Assembly (NCBI GenBank): GCA_963764715.1
Contig: CAVXTP010000006.1
Span: 192,001 to 256,000, forward strand
Reading direction: 5' to 3'
Length of the DNA: 64,000 nucleotides
DNA from: an uncultured Acidobacteriota bacterium
GTDB taxonomy: Bacteria; Acidobacteriota; Thermoanaerobaculia; UBA5066; Gp7-AA6
Positions 38,626 to 47,696 of this stretch are shown in pieces (position 1 is the stretch's first letter; every line of letters starts with the position of its first letter). The notes beneath the pieces are model-generated. The model did not search any database. It saw only the letters and a program-made list of their open reading frames with translations, and had not been told where the DNA came from. The translations under genes and the position numbers were made by a program.

Positions 38626-41455
38626 TCAGTGGCACTTGTAGACCATCAGGTCGTCGATGTACCAGCCGACGACGCCCGTGCAGCCGTCGTTGCCGATGTC
38701 GAACCGCAGCCGGATCTTGTCCTTCGGGTGCGCGTACGGCGCCAGGTTGACGATCGAGCGACCCCAGGAGCCGCCGACCGCACCGCCGTCCGTTCCGGAG
38801 AAGGCCGGCTGGCCCGCCAGCGGATTCGTGTTCCCTGCCGCGGCCGTGAACAGAATCGTGTTGTACGGGTTGTAGATGAAGTCGGCGGCCTGAACGAGCG
38901 TCCACGGTCCGTCGTTGACGCTGATCTTCAGGTTGCCGCCGTCCCAGCCAGCCTCGGTCGCCACCCAGTGAACGAACGTCAGCATCGGGCAGCCGAGACG
39001 GACGCCGGGATCGAGATCTTGGGGCTGTCGAGGTGAAGGACGGCCGACTCGTCTCCTCCGCGGCGCGCAGGTGCCGATGTCGGGATCGGCGCCGAAGAAG
39101 GCCTTGCCGGGCTGACCGTCCGGCAGATCCGAGACGACGACCCAGTCGCGCGGCGTGAAATCCGCCGTGACGGCGTCATGGCTGACGGTCCAGCGCGCCG
39201 ACGAGGAGTTCCCGTTGTCGAAGTTGTCCTTGAAGATCTGAGACGCCGAAGCCCGAGGAGCACAGCGCCGGCGGGTTCTTGGCCGAGCAGCGGCTGGAAG
39301 TTGCACTGCGTCGGCGGAGTTGCGCATCTCGACGGCGAGCATCGCCTTGTGGACCTGGGCGAGGTCGCGCACGAGGTGATGATCTGACCCGACGGAGGCC
39401 CGTGTACGAGGTCGGTGAGGTTGACGCCCACGAGGTCGGACGCCGACTGCTCGATCGCGTCCGCGTGGTCGGCAAAGTCCGTGGCCGGGTTCTGGTAGAC
39501 CGTCATGGCCCGGAAGTAGATGTGCGCGGCCTTGGTCAGGCCGATGCCGCTGATCGTCTGCCCGTTGTACATGCCACCGTCCACGATGAGGGCGTACGCA
39601 TGGTTCGGGACGCCGGAGTTGGTGTGCACGCCGCCGTTGTCGGCGGTCGAGCCGTGTAGAACGTGTCCGAGACCTTGCCGGGGTTGCCGAAGCAGCGGGG
39701 GTTCCACATGTCGCGGAGGGCGCCGGTGAGGCCCACCGCCGTGTCGTCCTCGCCGACGAGCCAGCGCACCGAGTTGTCGGTCCGACGACCGCGGAGCGAT
39801 CGTCGCGCTGGCCGGCAGGCCGACCTCGATGGTCGCGCCGTCGGCGCTGGTGACCTCGACACTGGCGACGCGGGATGACGCCCAGGTTCGGAGGCCGACG
39901 CGGCGGCCACGAAGATGATGCCCGTCGCGCCGCCGCGACGAGGGCGTTTACGGCGCGGGCACCGGAGCCGCACTCGTTGGCCGCCGCTCGACGAGTGAGC
40001 GTCCAGTCGACGATCGCGATCTTGCCGCGCGACGCCGGTGACGGCGCCGCAAGCACCGCGTCGGTCGAAGGGCGCCGCGGTAGCGGCGATCGCCATCGGC
40101 CGTGGGTCCGACCGTGAACGGACGTCGGCGGCTCAGTTGACGGAAGCACGGGCGAAGTAGCTGCCGGCCGCGACTGCCGCCGGCGATCGTCAGCGGCGAG
40201 TTGACGGTGACGCCGGAGGCCAAAGATCGAAGCATGCGGCCGCCGTGCGAGGGTTGTCCGGCGTATCGCCGATCTCCCGGCCGTTGATCCGGTCGATCGT
40301 CTCGCCGAAGATGTCCGAGTAGGACTCGTTCAGCGCGCCCGGCTGCCACTGGTAGATCAGGCCGTGCGTGTACTGCGTGTAGGCATGCGTCCACTCGTGG
40401 CCCGTGACGTCGTCCGTCGTCAGGCCGGGGCAGAACGAGATGAACGTCCCGTTCCACGAGGCGTTCGGGCAGCTGTAGCCGCGATTGAAGATCGAGTCCA
40501 TGATCGCCCCGGCGCCGTCGAACGAGTCACGTCCGAAGGCGTTCTTGTAGAAGTCGTACGTCTCCTTGGAGGACGATGATCATGTTGTCGGCTTCGGTCG
40601 ACGCCGGTCGGGAACGCGTCCCCTTCCGACCAGAACGGCGAGCCGGGATAGGCTCGGCGGAACGGATCGGGAAGGAACAGCGCCGTCGTACGCCCGCCGG
40701 AACATCGCATCGACGATGCCGGGCAGCCGGTCGACGATCTTGCCCGAGTGGGCGTCGACGTAGACGAACTCGCGGATGTCCGCGCCGTTGCCGACCTCGA
40801 TCTGGTAGGTCAGGTGGTTCTCGCCTTCGATTCCGCGGGCGAGGTCCGTGCGGTAGACCATGAGGAGGCCCGATCGGGCGTAGACGTCCCGGCCCGCGTT
40901 GTCGGCGCCGACGGCCGCGATCGCCGCGGCGGCGGCCTCGGCGGCGGTCCGAGTCGGATCGGGATTCACCCGAATCTCCGGGATGACGTTGCCGTTGACC
41001 GAGGTCAACTCTCCGTCGCGTTGAAGTGGGCCCGCAGCATGCCCGCGAAGACCGGGCACGCCGCGGTAGGTCTGCGCGTAGCTGACGTGGCGCCCGCCGA
41101 GCTCGTCGGTGCGCTCGCCGCTGACCTGCAGCTCGGCTTCCGAGCCGCGCAGGCCGAAGATGCCCGGCGTACTCGCGGATGAAGGCCGACGACTTCTCGC
41201 GCGCCGAGCCCGAGACGGAGCCCATGAGATCGCCGCGCTCGCCGGGCTCGATGCCGACGAAGCGCGACGGCGCCGGTTGCCGTCGAGATGCTGACGCGGG
41301 CGTGTCCGCCGGTGCTGCTCCTTGAGTCGTTCGACACCTGCCGGGTCCAGACCTTTCTGCTTTCCGTTCTCTTTCTCGGCAGCCTGGGCCATGCCCGGGC
41401 CTGCGAGAAGGAGAAGGAAAGCGAGCCCCGAAACGAGAATCCTCGCTCTTCGCAT
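38626..41455 (-). pseudogene. second M4 metallopeptidase paralogue broken by many frameshifts (pseudogene or sequencing errors)
   Basis: Fragments in alternating frames carry MRRARILV signal, VYVDAHSGKIVD, GHEWTH/NESYSD, GVHTNSGVPNHA and WYIDD, colinear with copy 1. Confidence 0.8.
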
Positions 41456-41522
41456 TCGAAACCTCCATTCGAAAAAGAACTCCGTCCACCGGAGACAACT
41501 TGGAAACTTATTGGGACGGAGT

Positions 41523-41955
41523 CTATAGCCGGTGGAGGGAGAGGGAGGCAAGATAATCTTCGGGCCGGATGGGCCGCCCGGAGACGGGGTACGGCTGGAG
41601 GCCGAGGAGGGTCACCTCGAGCCCGCCGACGACTGCTTCGGAGCTCGCCGCGCCCCAGGTTCGAGCTCGACCCGCTCCGGCGCGTTGGATCCGACGGCGA
41701 TCTCCAGGACGATCCGGGCGTTGCCCGCGACGATGCACTGTTCGCCTTTCGGACAGCGCGAGTCCTCGGAAACGCCGACGAACTTCGCCGTGATCTTCTC
41801 GGCCGGGATCGAGGCGGTCTGGCCGACCTTCAGGGTAAACGGCTGATCGAGAGCGGCTTCGACCGAGCCCTCGCAGCGAAGCCCCGCGGCACAGGAGTGA
41901 AAAAAATGCGCTGACGACGAGGACGCTGGCGCGAGCCGCGACCGCCGGACCTCAC
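41523..41955 (-). pseudogene. small exported/lipoprotein-like conserved protein, frameshifted
   Basis: FTLKVGQT..FVGVSEDSRCPKGEQCIVAGNA in one frame, LLGLQPYP C-terminus in another; GTG overlaps the ispA stop. Confidence 0.55.
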
Positions 41956-42869
41956 GACTTCCTCGATCCAACAAATTGGGCGAGCTGGGGCAGCACTCCC
42001 CCGCCGCCGGGTAGCTCCGAGGCCGCCGCCACCGCCGCCTCGACGTTCTCCGCCAGGATCTGCTTCGAGCGCTCGACCCCCCAGATCCCCGGAAAGGTCG
42101 CCTTTCCGGCCGCCGAGTCCTTCCCGGCCGCCTTGCCGAGGGTCGCGGCGTCGGACTCGACGTCGAGCAGGTCGTCCTTGATCTGGAACGCGAGGCCGAT
42201 CTTCCGTCCGTACAGGTCGATGCGCTCGAGGGCCGCCTCGCCGGCGCCGGCGAGGATCGCGCCCGCCGAGAGCGACGCCCGGATCAGGCGGCCGGTCTTG
42301 TTCTCGTGGATCTTCGCGACGAGCTCGGCCGTCGGGGCGGTCTCCTTCTCGGCCTCGAGGTCGGCCGCCTGCCCGCCGATCATCCCCTGCGTCCCGATGG
42401 CGTCCACCACGGTCTGGAGGACTCGGACCTTGGCGGCGGCGAAGCGCTCGCCCTTCGGATAGTGGGCGAAGGCGCCGAGGCCGTGGGTCAGCAGGGCGTC
42501 GCCCGCGAGGATCGCGGTCGCTTCCCCGAAGGCGACGTGGCAGGTCGGGACGCCGCGGCGCAGGTCGTCGTTGTCGAGCGCCGGGAGGTCGTCGTGGATG
42601 AGCGAGTACGTGTGGATCATCTCGAGCCCGCAGGCGGCCTCGAGGAGATCCTCCGTGCGGGCGCCGAGGACCTCGCCCGCCGTCAGGCAGAGGATCGGGC
42701 GCAGGCGCTTGCCGCCGGCGAAGACGGAGTGCCGGATCGCCCGGTGAAGGTGCTCGGGCCACACGTCCGGCCCGGGCAGCAGGCGTTCGAGCGCGCGGTC
42801 GACGTCCTCCCGGCGGCGGGCGAGATACGCCGCGACGTCCTTCGACGCCGTCTCAGTCCCGCTCGTCAT
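41952..42869 (-). CDS. ispA: short-chain polyprenyl (FPP/GGPP) synthase
   Basis: GGKRLRP, LIHDDLPALDNDDLRRG, AGDAL, GQAAD, KTG, FQIKDDLLD. Confidence 0.93.
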   Translation of the reverse strand: MTSGTETASKDVAAYLARRREDVDRALERLLPGPDVWPEHLHRAIRHSVFAGGKRLRPILCLTAGEVLGARTEDLLEAACGLEMIHTYSLIHDDLPALDNDDLRRGVPTCHVAFGEATAILAGDALLTHGLGAFAHYPKGERFAAAKVRVLQTVVDAIGTQGMIGGQAADLEAEKETAPTAELVAKIHENKTGRLIRASLSAGAILAGAGEAALERIDLYGRKIGLAFQIKDDLLDVESDAATLGKAAGKDSAAGKATFPGIWGVERSKQILAENVEAAVAAASELPGGGGVLPQLAQFVGSRKS

Positions 42870-43122
42870 CGCTCTCCTCGGCCTTCGCGGGCTCGAACGG
42901 TTCCGTCTTCCACTCCTCGGTCGAGGCCTTCAGGACGATCTCGACCGACTTCTCGACCTCGGAGAGCTTGCGGTCGCAGAAGCGCGCGAGCTCCATGCCC
43001 TCCTGGAACAGGGCGAACTGCTTCTCGAGGCCGCGCTCCTCGCCCTCGAGCTCCGACACGATCGACTCGAGACGCGCGAGCGCCTCCTCGAAGCTGCGGT
43101 CCTTGCGCACCCGCGTCGTCAC
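42853..43122 (-). CDS. xseB: exodeoxyribonuclease VII small subunit
   Basis: SFEEALARLESIVSELE..L...FQEGMELARFC. Confidence 0.93.
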   Translation of the reverse strand: MTTRVRKDRSFEEALARLESIVSELEGEERGLEKQFALFQEGMELARFCDRKLSEVEKSVEIVLKASTEEWKTEPFEPAKAEESDDERD

Positions 43123-44528
43123 GACTCGTTTCCTCCCTGCCGGAAGAGCGGGCCGGGATCCGTCGCCCGGCCGCCTCCCCGCACGACGGCGTGGAGCTCG
43201 CCTTCGTGGAGCCGCACGCGAATCCGTTCTCCGTTCTCGACGCCCGCGGCCGAAGTCAGAGGCCCTCCGCCGGCCTCGCGGTAGGCCACGGCGAACCCGC
43301 GGGCGAGGACCGCCAGCGGGCTCAGGGCCTCGAGGCGCGACACGAGCGAAGACAGGCGCGCCCGCCGCCGCTCGCTCCCGCGCGCGAACCGCTCGACGAG
43401 CATCGCCCGGGCGGCCGCGGCCGCGTCGCGCCGGCGCGCGAGCTCAGCCACGCGCGGGAAGTCCGCCAGCGTCCGCCGGGCCGCCGCGAGGCGCGCGGCG
43501 TACTCCGCCGGCCGGCGCTCGAGGCAGGCGACGAGGGCATCGCGGCCCTGCGCGACGCGCCCGGAGAGCTCCGCGAGCCGCCGGGGGAATCCGGCGAGCG
43601 CGTCGGAACGCCCGAGGCCCTCGAGCCGGGCCCGTCCGAGCGCGAGTTTCGACTGCATCCCGGACAGCACCCGCATCCGCCCGTGCGCGATCCGGCGCGC
43701 GATCTCGTCCTTGCGCTCGACGACGAGCTCCGCCGCCGCCGACGGCGTCGGCGCGCGCAGGTCCGCGACGAGGTCGCAGATCGTCCAGTCCGTCTCGTGG
43801 CCCACGCCCGAGATCGTCGGGATCGCCGAGGCGGCGAGGGCCCGCGCGACCGACTCGGCGTTGAAGGGCGCGAGGTCCTCCGGCGACCCGCCCCCGCGAG
43901 CGAGGATCAGGACGTCGAAGCCGCCCCGCCGGTTGAGGTGCCGGATCGCCGCCACGATCTCCGCCGCCGCGAGCTCGCCCTGGACGCGCACCGGGAAGAT
44001 CGTGATCGCCAGGCCGTCGAAGCGGCGGGACAGCACGTGGAGGACGTCCCGCACGACCGCGCCGGTCGGCGACGTCACGATGGCGATCGAGCGCGGCAGC
44101 TTCGGGATGCGGCGTTTGCGCTCGGCCGCGAAGAGGCCCTCGACCTCGAGCTTCGCCTTGAGCTGTTCGAAGGCGAGCTGGAGGGCCCCCCGCCCGACCG
44201 GCTCGATCGCGAACGCCTTGATCTGGAACTTGCCCTGGGGCGCGTAGAGATCGAGCGAGCCCCGGACCACGACCTCGAGCCCCGGCTCGAGGCGGAAGGG
44301 GACGCGCTTCAGGTCGGAGGCGAACATGATCGCCGACACCGCGGCGGAGGCGTCCTTCAGCGTGAAGTAGCCGTGGCCTCCCCGCAGGTCGAACCGCCCG
44401 ATCTCCCCGACCACCGCCACGTCCCGCCAGGTCGTCCGCAGCACGGTCGAGACCTCGGCGAGGAGCTCGGAGACCGTGTACGGCTTCGGCGGCGCGGCGG
44501 AGGGGACCGGAACGGGACGGGAGAACAT
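43119..44528 (-). CDS. xseA: exodeoxyribonuclease VII large subunit
   Basis: GHGYFTLKD, VTSPTGAVVRD, RGGGS.EDL, GHETD, TPSAAAE, LSPLAVLARG. Confidence 0.95.
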   Translation of the reverse strand: MFSRPVPVPSAAPPKPYTVSELLAEVSTVLRTTWRDVAVVGEIGRFDLRGGHGYFTLKDASAAVSAIMFASDLKRVPFRLEPGLEVVVRGSLDLYAPQGKFQIKAFAIEPVGRGALQLAFEQLKAKLEVEGLFAAERKRRIPKLPRSIAIVTSPTGAVVRDVLHVLSRRFDGLAITIFPVRVQGELAAAEIVAAIRHLNRRGGFDVLILARGGGSPEDLAPFNAESVARALAASAIPTISGVGHETDWTICDLVADLRAPTPSAAAELVVERKDEIARRIAHGRMRVLSGMQSKLALGRARLEGLGRSDALAGFPRRLAELSGRVAQGRDALVACLERRPAEYAARLAAARRTLADFPRVAELARRRDAAAAARAMLVERFARGSERRRARLSSLVSRLEALSPLAVLARGFAVAYREAGGGPLTSAAGVENGERIRVRLHEGELHAVVRGGGRATDPGPLFRQGGNES

Positions 44529-44538
44529 CCCGAGGATT

Positions 44539-45687
44539 CTAATCGCCCGCTCCGCCTGCCGCCCTCGAAAACGGCAGGGCGAAGACCAGGAGCGTCGCCA
44601 TCTCGACCTCGGTGTCGCCGAAGTTGTATTCGAAGAGGCCGGCCACGACGATCGCCGATCCCGCCAGCAGCGCGCCCGCCCAGACCGCCGCGCGCCCGGG
44701 GTCCGCCTCGCGGCGCAGGCCGACGATCGCCCGCGCCAGGAAGAGGAAGACCCAGATCAGGTAGACGCCGGCCGCGAAGAGCCCGTTCGACGCCGCGATC
44801 TGCGCCACGTTGTTGTGCAGGTGCGGCACGGTCCAGCGCGGCGCATCGGGGTCCCGGTACAGCGGGTAGTACGGCTTGACCATGTCCGGTCCGAGGCCGA
44901 AGACCGGGTAATCGCGGGCGATGCGCGCCCCGGCCCGCAGCATCGCCACGCGGTCGCGGTTGGTGCGGTCGGACAGGTCCGCGATCGACCGGATCCGGTC
45001 CCGGATCTCGGGAGGAGCCAGGAAGAACACGACGACGAGGGCCGGCGCCAGCAGGAGGAGGCCGCGGGGACGACGGACGGCCAGGTAGAGGAGCACGGCC
45101 GCGCAGATGCCGACGTAGGCGCCCCGCGTGTACGTCAGGAGGACCGCGCAGAGCGGAACGAGGCTGAGGAGACCGGCGAGCCGCCAGCGGCCGCGGCCCT
45201 CGAACGCGAGGCCGAGCAGGAGCCCGGCGGCGAGCGTCGCGAGGCCCGAGAACGTCATGTAGTGCGAGAGCGTCCCGCGGATGCGGTTGTCGAGATCGTC
45301 GCCGCCGTGGAGGAACTGCCAGATGCCGAGCAGCGCGAGGGCCGTGCCCGAGGCGGCGATGGCGAGGCCGACGGCGCGCGCCCGGCCGACGTCGTCGACG
45401 AGGTCCATGGCGACGGGGACGAGGAGGAGGAGCGCGAGGCCCGGGAGGTGGCGCGCGCTCGCCGCGGGGTCGCGCGAGAAGACGGCCGAGGCGGCAGTCA
45501 GGAGGGCGAGGATCCCCGCGAAGTACGTGAACGGCGAGCGCAGGCTCGCGGGATACCGCCGCTCGCGGACGAGCGAAGCGACCCATGCCGCGAGCAGGAG
45601 GCCCGAGACGGCGTAGGCGGCCGAGATGACCGGTGTGAGGAGGGCGAAGAGAACGAGGAGCGCGAACGCCGCCTTGCGATACCCCAC
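44539..45687 (-). CDS. O-antigen ligase (WaaL/Wzy_C)-family membrane protein
   Basis: Multi-TM; TYTRGAY; R...G..I.RDYPVFGLG; HLHNN. Confidence 0.85.
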   Translation of the reverse strand: MGYRKAAFALLVLFALLTPVISAAYAVSGLLLAAWVASLVRERRYPASLRSPFTYFAGILALLTAASAVFSRDPAASARHLPGLALLLLVPVAMDLVDDVGRARAVGLAIAASGTALALLGIWQFLHGGDDLDNRIRGTLSHYMTFSGLATLAAGLLLGLAFEGRGRWRLAGLLSLVPLCAVLLTYTRGAYVGICAAVLLYLAVRRPRGLLLLAPALVVVFFLAPPEIRDRIRSIADLSDRTNRDRVAMLRAGARIARDYPVFGLGPDMVKPYYPLYRDPDAPRWTVPHLHNNVAQIAASNGLFAAGVYLIWVFLFLARAIVGLRREADPGRAAVWAGALLAGSAIVVAGLFEYNFGDTEVEMATLLVFALPFSRAAGGAGD

Positions 45688-45693
45688 GCGCGG

Positions 45694-45825
45694 CTAGCGC
45701 TCTGTCACCGAAGTTTCGACAACGCCACTCGGCGTCGAGACAGCCACCGTGGCCCTCGCTCTCGGGCCTTCGTGCATCTTTCGAGCGAAGAGATTGAAAT
45801 CGTGACTTCGGTTACAGGACACTAG
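45694..45825. mobile_element. MITE-like element (124 bp) with imperfect 22-bp TIRs and flanking CTAG duplication
   Basis: Left CTAG-CGCTCTGTCACCGAAGTTTCGA; right (reverse complement) CTAG-TGTCCTGTAACCGAAGTCACGA; no coding capacity. Confidence 0.65.
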
Positions 45826-46076
45826 CGCCCCGCCGCCTCCGACCCGGGGAGCGCCTCGTCGATCAGCATCACGGGAATGTCCGACACGATCGGATACACG
45901 AGGTCGGCCTGCTTCGAGTAGAGCCCCTGCGTGACGACGGGCTCCTCGTCGCGAAATTTCTCGCGGTACTTTTCCACCAGCGCCTTGCGGGTCGCGTCCT
46001 TGAGCTCGACGAGCTCGAGCGGCCCCTTGGTCTTCGGGCACACCAGAATGGCGAGAAGCTCCGGGTCGACGGCCAT
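45822..46076 (-). CDS. Trm112/YcaR-family protein with a central insertion
   Basis: [18 protein letters not shown]...[15 protein letters not shown]. Confidence 0.85.
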   Translation of the reverse strand: MAVDPELLAILVCPKTKGPLELVELKDATRKALVEKYREKFRDEEPVVTQGLYSKQADLVYPIVSDIPVMLIDEALPGSEAAGR

Positions 46077-46156
46077 GCGTGATCCTCTCGGCCCGGAGTA
46101 TATCGGGGCCCCGGGCGCGCCGCGGCGGCTGCTGCTTCCCGAAGTAGATTAGCCCC

Positions 46157-47218
46157 GTGCGCATCCTCCACGTCGTCGCCGGCGAGAAGTGGACGGGGGT
46201 CGCCGCGGTCGTATGCGACTGGACACGGGCCCTGCGCGAGGGCGGCGTGGAGGCGCAGTTCGCGTTCGTCGGAGGCCACAACCTCGAAAAGCGGCTCCTT
46301 CCGGCGGGGTGGGCCCGGCCGCTCCTCTCCCGGACCCACGGACCCCGGGGCATCCCGCGGGACGCGCGCGCCCTGCACGACACGATCCTGCGGGAGGGCT
46401 TCGACGTGGTCCACGCCCACCTGACTCACGACCACGCGCTGGCCGCGTTCGCGTGCCGGGGGACGCCGGCCCGGCTGGCGCGCACCATCCACCACCTGCG
46501 GCACGTCCGGCGGGGCGCCTTCACACGGGCCCTCTTCGCGCGCACCGACGCATTCGCCTTCGGCAACACCGACATCGCCCGAGCGTTCGGCGCGCCGGGC
46601 CCCGTGCACCTGCCGGTGGTGGACGCCGCGATCTTCACGCCGGGGCCGAAACCCGGGACGCTGCCCGGAGTCGGCCCGATCCCGGTCGGCCGGTTCGTCG
46701 CCGGGACGGTCGGGAAAATGGCCAGGGGCCGCGGGCACGAGGAGGCGATCGCCGCGATGGCGCCCGTCGCCGGGGAGCCCTTGCTCCTCCACGTCGGCAA
46801 GGGCGAGCACCGGCCCGCCCTCGAAGCGCTGGCTCTCCGTCTGGGGACGAGCGCGCGCAATCTCTGGGCGGGCTATCAGGACGAGGTGCTCCCCGACTGC
46901 TATCGGGCGATGGACGCCTTCCTCTTCACGGCCTCCGGCTCCCAGCAGGGCCAGCGCGCGGTCCTCGAGGCCATGGCCACCGCGCTTCCGGTCGTGGCGC
47001 TGGCGGTGCCCGGCGTGCGCGATCTCGTGACCGACGGCGTCGAGGGCTTCGTCGCGGAGGACGTTCCCGCGGCCACGACGGCTCTGGCGCGACTCGCCGC
47101 CGACTCAGGGCTCCGCGAGCGAATGGGTCAGGCCGCACGCAGGCGCGCGCTCGCCTTCGGAGGTGCCCGGTTCGCGGCGTCCGCCCGGGCGTTCTACGGC
47201 GGCATCGCCCCTGCCTAG
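46157..47218 (+). CDS. GT4-family glycosyltransferase
   Basis: MRILHV, DVVHAH, LEAMATALPVV, VTDGVEGF, MGQAARRRA. Confidence 0.85.
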   Translation: MRILHVVAGEKWTGVAAVVCDWTRALREGGVEAQFAFVGGHNLEKRLLPAGWARPLLSRTHGPRGIPRDARALHDTILREGFDVVHAHLTHDHALAAFACRGTPARLARTIHHLRHVRRGAFTRALFARTDAFAFGNTDIARAFGAPGPVHLPVVDAAIFTPGPKPGTLPGVGPIPVGRFVAGTVGKMARGRGHEEAIAAMAPVAGEPLLLHVGKGEHRPALEALALRLGTSARNLWAGYQDEVLPDCYRAMDAFLFTASGSQQGQRAVLEAMATALPVVALAVPGVRDLVTDGVEGFVAEDVPAATTALARLAADSGLRERMGQAARRRALAFGGARFAASARAFYGGIAPA

Positions 47219-47652
47219 ATCGACGCCAGGATCTCCTTCGGGTGGGTCTTGGGCGAGACCTTCGGGTGCGCCTGCGCGATCTTTCCCTTCGGGTCGATCA
47301 CGTAGGTGATCCGCTTGGCGAACTCGTCCGTCGGCGTCTCGGCGGCGCCGTAGGCCAGCCCGATCTCGCGCTTGACGTCGCAGAGGAGCGGGAACGGATA
47401 ATCGAACTTCTTCGCGAAGGCCGCGTTCTCCTCGACGGTGTCGAAGGACGCGCCCAGGATCTCGACGTTCTTCTTCTGAAATTCCGGATAGAGGTCGCGG
47501 AACCCGCAACCCTCGATCGTTCAACCGGGGGTGTCCGCCTTCGGGTAGAACCAGAGGACGACGGTCTTGCCCCGGTAATCCGAGAGCGAGCGGGTCGCCC
47601 CCGTGTGATCGCGCACCGTGAATCCGGGCGCTTCGTCTCCGACGTTTCGCAT
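47215..47652 (-). CDS. bcp: BCP/PrxQ peroxiredoxin with in-frame UGA (putative selenocysteine) at the peroxidatic site
   Basis: GGAGG SD then ATG 47652; FYPKADTPG-TGA(47523-47521)-TIEGCGFRD...FPLLCD...RITYVIDP in one frame to TAG 47215; hairpin after the UGA. Confidence 0.85.
47491..47514 (-). promoter_or_regulatory. putative bacterial SECIS hairpin
   Basis: GAG-G-GTTGCGG/GTT/CCGCGAC-CTC; G-led apical loop 17 nt after the UGA. Confidence 0.7.
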
Positions 47653-47696
47653 CGCGGGCTTCCTCCACATCATTTTGAGCATTCCGGTGATCGAGC

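Noticed and set aside
38386-39036. 216-aa plus-strand ORF between the M4 genes
   Set aside because: Runs through a terminator and antisense to M4 copy 2; no recognisable motifs.
47521-47523. Nonsense mutation making bcp a pseudogene
   Set aside because: The stop falls precisely on the catalytic Cys codon, the downstream frame is intact and a SECIS-like hairpin follows, so Sec is the better explanation.
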